From Promethearchaeum syntrophicum (lineage in GTDB: Archaea; Asgardarchaeota; Lokiarchaeia; Sigyniarchaeales; Promethearchaeaceae): a stretch of DNA of 32,000 bases. The stretch is from NCBI RefSeq assembly GCF_008000775.2, contig NZ_CP042905.2, positions 720,001 to 752,000 of the forward strand, in the 5' to 3' direction. Below the pieces are notes generated by a model. That model saw only the letters and a list, made by a program, of their open reading frames with translations. It was not told the DNA's origin and did not search any database. The translations under genes were made by a program, and so were the position numbers. This document shows, piece after piece, positions 18,360 through 25,984 of the stretch. The first letter of the stretch is position 1, and every line of letters begins with the position of its first letter.

Positions 18360-18410
18360 TTTATTCTCTAAATAATTTATTGTATCTTTAGTCCTTATAA
18401 TAAAATAGGT

Positions 18411-19190
18411 ATGGTCAATTCTGATCTAATTTCACTTGAAAAATTATATGATAAATTGTATTCAAATTATGGCTCTCAAGGTTGGTGGCCATTACTTGAA
18501 TTAAAACCAAATATAAACCCTACCAACCGAGGAAGCTATACAGGTTATCATCCCGGAGATTATAAATATCCGAAAAGTGAAGAACAAATTTTTGAGATTA
18601 TAATTGGGACAATTCTTGCCCAAAGTACTTCTTGGGTGAATGCTGAAAGGGCCTTATGGAATTTGGCTCAAAATAATCTTATTTCAGAGAAGAAACTTAA
18701 TAATATTGGTTTAGAAGCGCTTTCCCAATTAATTCGTTCATCTGGATATTTCAACCAGAAAGCGAAAAAAATCCAAAATATGCTTCAATTTTTGTTGGAA
18801 AATCCAATTTCACATCTAAAAAATTCAAAAATTGGTATTCTTCGTAAAAAATTGATTAATATCAAAGGAATTGGGCCTGAAACAGCAGATTCCATTGCTC
18901 TTTATGCATTTAATAAGCCTATATTTGTTGTTGATACTTATACCAAAAGACTACTAAGCAGGATCGGTATAATTCCGCAAAAATCTAATTATGAAGATAT
19001 CCAAAACCTTTTTCATACTCAATTAAACTCTGATTCCGTAGTTTATAATGAATTTCATGCTTTAATTGTACAGCATTGCGTTTATATCTGTTCTTCAAAG
19101 CCTAAATGTTCAATATGTTTTCTAAATCGATATTGTTTGAAAAAAATTCTAATAAAATCAAAGAAGAAATCAGAGAAGAAAAAAAAATAA
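18411..19190 (+). CDS. HhH-GPD DNA glycosylase / endonuclease III-like protein with probable [4Fe-4S] Cys motif
   Basis: EIIIGTILAQSTSWVNAERALWNL, KLINIKGIGPETADSIALYAFNKPIFVVDTYTKRLLSRIG, C-SSKPK-C-SI-C-FLNRY-C. Confidence 0.9.
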   Translation: MVNSDLISLEKLYDKLYSNYGSQGWWPLLELKPNINPTNRGSYTGYHPGDYKYPKSEEQIFEIIIGTILAQSTSWVNAERALWNLAQNNLISEKKLNNIGLEALSQLIRSSGYFNQKAKKIQNMLQFLLENPISHLKNSKIGILRKKLINIKGIGPETADSIALYAFNKPIFVVDTYTKRLLSRIGIIPQKSNYEDIQNLFHTQLNSDSVVYNEFHALIVQHCVYICSSKPKCSICFLNRYCLKKILIKSKKKSEKKKK

Positions 19191-19216
19191 AAATTCAATT
19201 GCATTACTAAAAAGAA

Positions 19217-19927
19217 TTATTTTGCTTCATCAACAACGGGATTACGGAGAATTCCAATATTTTCAATTTCAACCTCAACAATATCACCATGCTTTATTCG
19301 AGCCACTCCTTTAGGAGTCCCCGTCGAAATTATATCACCTGGAATTAAAGTGAAATTTTTTGAAACAAATGAGATTATATCAGGAATTGAGAAAATCATA
19401 TGCTTTGTATTTGAATCTTGCATTATTTCTCCATTAACTCGGCCTTGAATCCTTAAATTTTGTGGATCACCAATATCTTCGGTTAAAACTACTTGTGGTC
19501 CAATTGGACCAAAAGTATCAAAGGATTTTCCGCGAAACCAACCAGATCTGTCTCCTGTTTGTATATTTCGCTGACTAACATCATTAAAGCATGTAAATCC
19601 ATAAATATGATTCATCGCTTTTTCATTTTCTACATTTTTACATTTATCCCTAATTATTATAGCTAATTCTGCTTCATAATCAGTTCTTTTATCATCAAAA
19701 CCGTATTCTGATACAAATTTCGGAATAACTATAGTTTCTCCTGATTCAATTAATACATTCGGTGTTTTAGGGAACAATACAGGTTCTTTTGGAGGTTCAA
19801 GAGTTCGGCCTTGAACCTTAACTGAATGGCTTTCCGCAATGTGTTCCCGATAATTCAAACCAAGTGCAATTATTTTACTTGGATTAATATCCATAAATTT
19901 ATTTGATCCAAAAATTGGTAGTTTCAT
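19217..19927 (-). CDS. Fumarylacetoacetate hydrolase (FAH) family protein
   Basis: KIIALGLNYREHIAES, PVLFPKTPNVLIESGE, DYEAELAIIIRDKCKNV, GFTCFNDVSQRNIQ, GRSFDTFGPIGP-like, PGDIISTGTPKGV. Confidence 0.92.
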   Translation of the reverse strand: MKLPIFGSNKFMDINPSKIIALGLNYREHIAESHSVKVQGRTLEPPKEPVLFPKTPNVLIESGETIVIPKFVSEYGFDDKRTDYEAELAIIIRDKCKNVENEKAMNHIYGFTCFNDVSQRNIQTGDRSGWFRGKSFDTFGPIGPQVVLTEDIGDPQNLRIQGRVNGEIMQDSNTKHMIFSIPDIISFVSKNFTLIPGDIISTGTPKGVARIKHGDIVEVEIENIGILRNPVVDEAK

Positions 19928-20160
19928 TATAATATCAATAGAAAAACCAATTTTAAATCATTACAAAATATTATTTTTTTTTACAATTGCAAATATTATT
20001 AGAAAAAAACAAATTTTTTTTATAACTTATACAATAAATAGAAATAATAACTAATTTAATATGTGAAATTTCAAATTTCATGTTTCTATTAAATAATTAT
20101 ACGATTTAAAAATTGTAAAACTACACGCACGCATGAATTTCAAATGAGAAGATAACTAAT

Positions 20161-21114
20161 ATGACGAAAAAATACGTTTACAAAATTCTTGTGGCAGGAC
20201 AAGGTGGTGTTGGTAAAACTACACTACTTACAAGAATTGTTACTGGAAAATTCGTTCAAAATACTGCTATGACTATTGGCGTGGAGTTTCATCTTTTAAA
20301 TTTAGCCCTAGGAAACGAAAATGAAAAAGTTAACACCGTTATCCAATTATGGGATTTCGGAGGGCAAGAAAGATTTCGTTTTATGTTAGATTCATATGTT
20401 GCTGGTGCACGAGGTGCACTATTGTTATACGATATGACAAGACTTCGAACTTTGGATGGTTTGGATGAATGGGTTAACATTGTGAGAACTCATGATAAAA
20501 ATCTTCCAATTCTTTTTGTAGGAACTAAATTAGATCGCGTTGAAGATATTACTGTAAGTGATGATTACGCAAAAGAATTCTTAGAACCACTCAATATGTT
20601 TGATCATATGAAAATTTCAAGCAAGGATGGAACAGGCGTTGAACAAGCATTCAAGAAAATAACTAGGAAAGTGCTAGAAATTAACGGTGTTTATGTTCCT
20701 CCAGAAGCAGAGGTTGAACCTCAAGATCTTGAAAAAATGCTCGGAAATGAACCATCAACAATTCCAACTCCCGTTAGCGAACCATCAACAATTCCAACTC
20801 CCGTTAGTGAACCACCAACAATTCCAACTCCCGTTAGCGAACCATCAACAATTCCAACTCCCGTTAGTGAACCACCAACAATTCCAACTCCCGTTAGCGA
20901 ACCACCAACATTTCCAACTCCCGTTAGCGAACCACTAACAATCCCGACTCCAGTTAGTGAACCACCAACAATTCCTGCTCCAATAAGCGAACCTCCAATT
21001 ATTCCAGCACCTGATAGTGAAACTACTCCTGTTGAGGAAACTGAAGAAAAAAAGAAGCCCAAAAAGGATCCTGAAGAAGATCTTTATTCCTATTTTACTA
21101 AATCCTCAAGTTAG
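20161..21114 (+). CDS. Ras/Rab-like small GTPase with Pro-rich tandem-repeat C-terminal tail
   Basis: GQGGVGKTTLL (G1), IQLWDFGGQERFR (G3), FVGTKLD (G4 variant), SSKDG (G5). C-terminal 9 x 10-aa repeats. Confidence 0.93.
   Translation: MTKKYVYKILVAGQGGVGKTTLLTRIVTGKFVQNTAMTIGVEFHLLNLALGNENEKVNTVIQLWDFGGQERFRFMLDSYVAGARGALLLYDMTRLRTLDGLDEWVNIVRTHDKNLPILFVGTKLDRVEDITVSDDYAKEFLEPLNMFDHMKISSKDGTGVEQAFKKITRKVLEINGVYVPPEAEVEPQDLEKMLGNEPSTIPTPVSEPSTIPTPVSEPPTIPTPVSEPSTIPTPVSEPPTIPTPVSEPPTFPTPVSEPLTIPTPVSEPPTIPAPISEPPIIPAPDSETTPVEETEEKKKPKKDPEEDLYSYFTKSSS
20749..21018 (+). repeat. In-frame tandem repeat, 9 units of 30 bp (EP[SP]TIPTPVS)
   Basis: Units read from sequence: EPSTIPTPVS x2, EPPTIPTPVS, EPSTIPTPVS, EPPTIPTPVS, EPPTFPTPVS, EPLTIPTPVS, EPPTIPAPIS, EPPIIPAPDS. 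Confidence 0.95.
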
Positions 21115-21126
21115 AGCGAATGCAGA

Positions 21127-21564
21127 GTGTCTTTACCAGCTAAATCTCAAATTTTAATTTTTTTAGATGCAAATTTTATTTTAACACCTTCAACTTTAAA
21201 TGTCGATATTTATAAAGAATTGAAAATAAATTTTCCTAATACATACAAATTGGTTGTTCTTTCTGCTATTTTTACTGAATTAGAAGAAAAAATAAAGAAA
21301 TATCCACGGAAAACTAAATTGAAACAAGAGTATCAATTATGCCGTGCGATTTTGGAACGACAAACATATACCCTAATTCAATGTGAACGACAACATCCTG
21401 GTAAGTTAGTTGATGATTTGTTGTTAGAATTTGCTTTAAATTCCTCTAAAAAAGGTAATAATGTTTATATTGCAACTAATGATAAAGAATTACGTAAAAA
21501 ATGTAGAGATAAAAAAATTAAAGTAATTTTTGTGCGGCAAAACAAATTTTTAGAGATTGAATAA
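21127..21564 (+). CDS. PIN-domain (Fcf1/VapC9-like) nuclease
   Basis: ILIFLDANFILTPS, LVVLSAIFTELEEKI, DDLLLEFALN, VYIATNDKELRKKCRDKKIKVIFVRQNKFLEI; GTG start 12 nt after GTPase stop. Confidence 0.82.
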   Translation: MSLPAKSQILIFLDANFILTPSTLNVDIYKELKINFPNTYKLVVLSAIFTELEEKIKKYPRKTKLKQEYQLCRAILERQTYTLIQCERQHPGKLVDDLLLEFALNSSKKGNNVYIATNDKELRKKCRDKKIKVIFVRQNKFLEIE

Positions 21565-21720
21565 GATTTGAAGTCTATTCAAGATAACCAAAATAAAATT
21601 AAAAGAGAATCCTAAAATGAAAATAATCAACTCACAATTCGAATCCAAATGGTGAAAAGTTGGTGCTAGAGAATAAGAACAAGGAGATACAACCATCGTT
21701 ATCTCAAAAAAATTAAATAA

Positions 21721-23892
21721 TTATTTCTGGGCTGGGTGTTTAAATTTTATTAATAAAACAACAGCAACTCCAACAATCGAGAGAAATGGGGCGCCGATGT
21801 AAAGCCCTATAAGCCATGGACTTTCGGGATCTGTTTCATCCAATGGATTGGTTCCATCCCTAACTTCATCCCCGTCACTATAACCATCCCCGTCCGTGTC
21901 GGGATTAAGGGGATCTGTAACGTAGTTGTCAACTTCGTAACCATCAATAAGCCCATCCTCATCCGTATCTCTATTGAACGGATCCGTATGAAATTCAATT
22001 TCTCTTCCGTCGTTTAGTCTGTCATCATCGCAATCAGAGTCATTTGGATCGGTTTCGTAAACATATATTTCTTCGTAGTCGCTCAATCCATCTTCATCAG
22101 TGTCGCGTTCTGTGGGATCGGTATGAAATGTGAAAATTTCTTCATAATCACTTAATATGTCGTAGTCGCTATCTATTTTATTGGGATTCGTGAAATAGAC
22201 GAAAATTTCATCCCGATCATTTACACCATCATCATCGCTATCTGCTTTATTGGGATTTGTTCCGTGCGTGTATTCTTCCAAATTAGTCAAATTGTCGTTA
22301 TCGGGATCTCCATCGGTATTATTGGTGTAGAGGGGATCGAATAAATAAATGAGTTCCCAGCCATCAGGCAAGAGGTCGCCATCGCAGTCCCAATTATTCG
22401 GATCACACCCGTGTATCAATTCCTGCCCATCAATAAGAAGATCATCATCGGAGTCGTTATTGTTCGGATCGGTATCATAAAAATATATTTCATCATAATC
22501 ATTTAACCCGTCTTCGTCAGTGTCGTTATTATTGGGATTCGTAAAATATACGAAAATTTCATCTCCGTCAATTAATGCATCATTATCGGTGTCGTTGTTG
22601 GTTGGATTGCATCCGTATAATATTTCATCATAATCATTTAACCCATCTTCGTCCGTGTCACTGCTCGTAGGATCAGAATGATGAATGTTAATTTCATCCC
22701 AATCCCCTAAGAAATCCCAATCTGTGTCCCAATAATTCGGATTTGTACCGTGCGTTTGTTCTTCTAAATTGGTCAAATTGTCGTTATCGGGATCTTCAAT
22801 TGCGTCCTCGGGTTGTAGTGGGTTTAGATCGTTATCAATTTCCCAAAGGTCGAACATTAAATCACCATCCGTGTCGTTAGTGTTCGGGTTTGTGTGATAA
22901 TTATTTATTTCGACACGATCATTAATTCCATCCCCGTCCGTGTCGGGATTAAGTGGGTCAGTATTGTAATCAAACACTTCTGCGCCGTCCGTCAGCCAAT
23001 CACCATCGCTATCTAGATCATTTGGATCTGTGTTGTAGATATTGATTTCATCTCCGTCAATTAATGCATCATTATCGGTGTCGTTATTATTGGGATTCGT
23101 AAAATATACGAAAATTTCATCTCCGTCAATTAATGCATCATTATCGGTGTCGTTATTATCGGGGTTTGTTCCGTTCGTGTATTCATCATAGTTAATTAGA
23201 TTATCGTTGTCAGGATCTTCGTATCTATCGAATTGCAAGGGATCGAGATTATATTGAACTTCCCAACCATCTCGCATCCAATCATCATCACTGTCCCAGT
23301 CTCTTGGATATGTAGAATATAAGAATATTTCATCCCAATCATACAACCAATCGGAATCCGTGTCGTTATTATGAGGATTGGTATTGTATATTAAAACTTC
23401 TTCTTCATCGTTTAACCCATCATCATCACTATCTGGATCATTGGGATCTGTGTTGTGGATATTATTTTCATCCCAATCATTTAACCCATCATCATCACTA
23501 TCTGGATCATTGGGATCTGTGTTATGTGTTACTTCATCACCATCAATTAAACCATCACCATCCGTGTCGTTATTGCAGGGATTTGTGAAATAGGTCTTGA
23601 TTTCATCTCCGTCTAATAACCCATCCTCATCGGTGTCGTTATTATGTGGATTGGTATCGTACGTATATTCCTCCAGATTTATTAAATTATCATTCTCAAT
23701 ATCATCGTTGGCATTCGCTTGTAGGGGGTCAAGATTGTATTGAACCTCCCAACCATCAGGCATGAGGTCATCATCACTATCCCAATCATTTGGATCTGTA
23801 TTGTGAATATTGATTTCATCGTAATCTGAAAGCCTATCATCATCACCATCACCATCATAAATAATTTGCAGACCTTCAGAACCCGAAGCCAA
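21721..23892 (-). CDS. Large Asp/Asn-rich thrombospondin type-3 (calcium-binding-like) repeat protein with C-terminal TM anchor
   Basis: Repeated T(N/D)PN(N/D)(N/S)D(T/S)DxDxLxDGDE units; terminal LIGLYIGAPFLSIVGVAVVLLIKFKHP. TTG start in ORF track is probably not genuine (see findings). Confidence 0.85.
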   Translation of the reverse strand: MASGSEGLQIIYDGDGDDDRLSDYDEINIHNTDPNDWDSDDDLMPDGWEVQYNLDPLQANANDDIENDNLINLEEYTYDTNPHNNDTDEDGLLDGDEIKTYFTNPCNNDTDGDGLIDGDEVTHNTDPNDPDSDDDGLNDWDENNIHNTDPNDPDSDDDGLNDEEEVLIYNTNPHNNDTDSDWLYDWDEIFLYSTYPRDWDSDDDWMRDGWEVQYNLDPLQFDRYEDPDNDNLINYDEYTNGTNPDNNDTDNDALIDGDEIFVYFTNPNNNDTDNDALIDGDEINIYNTDPNDLDSDGDWLTDGAEVFDYNTDPLNPDTDGDGINDRVEINNYHTNPNTNDTDGDLMFDLWEIDNDLNPLQPEDAIEDPDNDNLTNLEEQTHGTNPNYWDTDWDFLGDWDEINIHHSDPTSSDTDEDGLNDYDEILYGCNPTNNDTDNDALIDGDEIFVYFTNPNNNDTDEDGLNDYDEIYFYDTDPNNNDSDDDLLIDGQELIHGCDPNNWDCDGDLLPDGWELIYLFDPLYTNNTDGDPDNDNLTNLEEYTHGTNPNKADSDDDGVNDRDEIFVYFTNPNKIDSDYDILSDYEEIFTFHTDPTERDTDEDGLSDYEEIYVYETDPNDSDCDDDRLNDGREIEFHTDPFNRDTDEDGLIDGYEVDNYVTDPLNPDTDGDGYSDGDEVRDGTNPLDETDPESPWLIGLYIGAPFLSIVGVAVVLLIKFKHPAQK
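22521..22596. repeat. 76-bp exact repeat, copy A, inside TSP3 gene
   Basis: Identical to 23079-23154 by base-by-base reading. Confidence 0.85.
23079..23154. repeat. 76-bp exact repeat, copy B, inside TSP3 gene
   Basis: Identical to 22521-22596. Confidence 0.85.
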
Positions 23893-24009
23893 AAAGATAT
23901 AATTTCCACTGAGAAAAATTCCCCGAGGGTTCCCTCCATTATAAATCTGATCTTTATTAAAGTAAAAAAACCGCTTTTATATCCCAAAAAATGAAAGAAT
24001 CTCGTTATT

Positions 24010-24363
24010 TTATTCTATAATTTCAAAAAGGACTTTCGAACCTGATGAATTTACTATTTTGATTTTATCTTGTTTAATTAAATATCCAAAACACGCAAAA
24101 GTCTCACGATATGGTAATCCAAATATTTCTTCAATTTCACTTCGATCATCAAAATTTATATAATTCTCATCAAAAACTTGTAATTCATTAAGAATATCAC
24201 TTATTTTTTTTAAAATTTGGTTAGCACCATCTTCAGAAATTATAATTGGACTTAATATTAAACTGTCTTTATTTTTCCGAAAATTAAATTTTATTTCATT
24301 AGATTTTAAAAATATATTTTCATTCTTTAACAATTTTTGATAAGAAGAGTTAATACTTTCCAA
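24010..24363 (-). CDS. Hypothetical protein, 117 aa
   Basis: ORF of plausible composition, no recognised family. Confidence 0.6.
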   Translation of the reverse strand: MESINSSYQKLLKNENIFLKSNEIKFNFRKNKDSLILSPIIISEDGANQILKKISDILNELQVFDENYINFDDRSEIEEIFGLPYRETFACFGYLIKQDKIKIVNSSGSKVLFEIIE

Positions 24364-24443
24364 AATTTGTTTGGAATTTCTAAGAGTATGGTTAATAACT
24401 ATTGCAATTTCTTCAATATTATCCTCTGGTCGATTATGTGCAT

Positions 24444-25901
24444 CTAAATGGCCATTCGATAAGATATATTCTTTCCAAATAATATCCTAAATGATTGATT
24501 TTGATGAATTTCAGGATGTCGATGAGCTATTGCATTTCGGTTATCTACATTAAGGTCGGAATATAATTCTTTAAATTTTCCGTCATTTAAAGTATCACAA
24601 AATTCAAAGATTTTGCTCTCTGGGATATGATGATGGGGAGATGATGGATTGAAAATTTCATATAAGGGTTGTAGCAATTTTTTATAGGTAAGATAATAAT
24701 TGGCCAAATAGATTGTGCGAAAAGCTGCGTTCATGATAAAATCTGGTTTTGGTTTTGATATTCCATTATAAGTTTGAAACATGATACAACTGTCAGTTAT
24801 TAAAGAATACAGATGTAATTTATCGCTCTCTCTTATTTGATTCCAATTATTATGGATTTTTTGAAAATCTATTGTAATTCCTTTTATTTTACTAAGATCT
24901 TGATAAATAGGGTGTTTCATCAGATTAGTTTTGGAATAGATATCTTGCATTTGGCTAAATTGATTCGTAAATTCAGATTTCATATTTCGAGTAAAATCAT
25001 CTTTATCATATTCTTGAAGATATAATAGGATAAGGCAATTCACCAATATGTTTATATTTCTACAAAGATCAATACATTCTTTTATAGATAATGTTTTAGG
25101 ATGCTCTTGATTTTCAATTTTTCTAAGGAATACAAATTCTTCCTTAATATAATCATAATAATACCATTGATGTGCCAATAACGTTCTAAAATAAGGTTTT
25201 ATAATCGTGTGTTGATATTTATTTATCAATTTCGTATCATCCTGAAAGAAAAAATGAATTTTCTTAGAATATGAATCAATTTTTTTTTTCAACAAATCAG
25301 GTATTAGAGGATCGATGAAATATTGAATTATTAATTCAAAATCATGTATATAGCTGTCAATTGCAATACTCCATTCAATCTTAATGAGATTATTATGCTT
25401 CTGGATTAAATTTAATGGATTATTCATCACACGTAGAAATGAATCACTTAGTGTTTTTTCCCAATAGGGGTATTTTTTTGAGATTTCTTTACGTTTTAGC
25501 ATAAATGGGCTTAATTTTTGTTGATTACTTAAAAATTGTTTAAATTTTGTTGCATAAAATGAACTTGATTCAAAATCAGGTAATTGGGACATAACATAAT
25601 TTGCAAATGGAAAATTAGGATTATTTAACACCATTTTTTTCATTTCTTTTTGCCTTTGGGGTATAATTTTATTTATTTGATAGTGCATATATATACGGGA
25701 AAAATTAGGAACAAATCCAAACTTTTGACTTTTTATTGGATCTGAAAAGATCTCAAATGAAAAACCTATTTGTGGATAAAATGTAAAGTAATTATGTTGG
25801 ACAATTTTATATAGGTTAGGGAGTGTATCTAGCAAAATTTTAGATAACATCTTAACTTGCTGGATCTCATTCGGAGTTAAGGGGATTTTCTTTTTTCCCA
25901 T
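24444..25901 (-). CDS. Uncharacterised 485-aa helical protein with C-terminal NRNAIAHRHPE motif
   Basis: Long ORF, largely helical; C-terminal R-N-A-I-A-H (R-X4-H) resembles HEPN-type motifs. Confidence 0.75.
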   Translation of the reverse strand: MGKKKIPLTPNEIQQVKMLSKILLDTLPNLYKIVQHNYFTFYPQIGFSFEIFSDPIKSQKFGFVPNFSRIYMHYQINKIIPQRQKEMKKMVLNNPNFPFANYVMSQLPDFESSSFYATKFKQFLSNQQKLSPFMLKRKEISKKYPYWEKTLSDSFLRVMNNPLNLIQKHNNLIKIEWSIAIDSYIHDFELIIQYFIDPLIPDLLKKKIDSYSKKIHFFFQDDTKLINKYQHTIIKPYFRTLLAHQWYYYDYIKEEFVFLRKIENQEHPKTLSIKECIDLCRNINILVNCLILLYLQEYDKDDFTRNMKSEFTNQFSQMQDIYSKTNLMKHPIYQDLSKIKGITIDFQKIHNNWNQIRESDKLHLYSLITDSCIMFQTYNGISKPKPDFIMNAAFRTIYLANYYLTYKKLLQPLYEIFNPSSPHHHIPESKIFEFCDTLNDGKFKELYSDLNVDNRNAIAHRHPEIHQNQSFRILFGKNISYRMAI

Positions 25902-25984
25902 AATATTAATGATAAACTCTGCAATATATAATTTATGAAGGATAGAGAAATTACATCTTAATTATTTGGAGCTCTGGGATGTTT

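Noticed and set aside
20289-20480. Minus ORF 20289..20480
   Set aside because: Antisense to the GTPase domain.
20749-21018. CRISPR-like array of 30-bp units
   Set aside because: Units are contiguous without unique spacers, in frame, and encode a Pro-rich protein tail.
20687-21062. Repeat-encoded ORFs 20687..20938 (+) and 20721..21062 (-)
   Set aside because: Shadow frames of the 30-bp repeat within the GTPase gene.
21127-21564. Toxin of a VapBC toxin-antitoxin pair
   Set aside because: A PIN domain is present but no antitoxin-like small gene is adjacent; closeness to the GTPase and Fcf1-like features fit better.
21807-23987. ORFs 21807..21998, 23378..23593 and 23682..23987
   Set aside because: Alternate-frame translations of the repetitive TSP3 gene.
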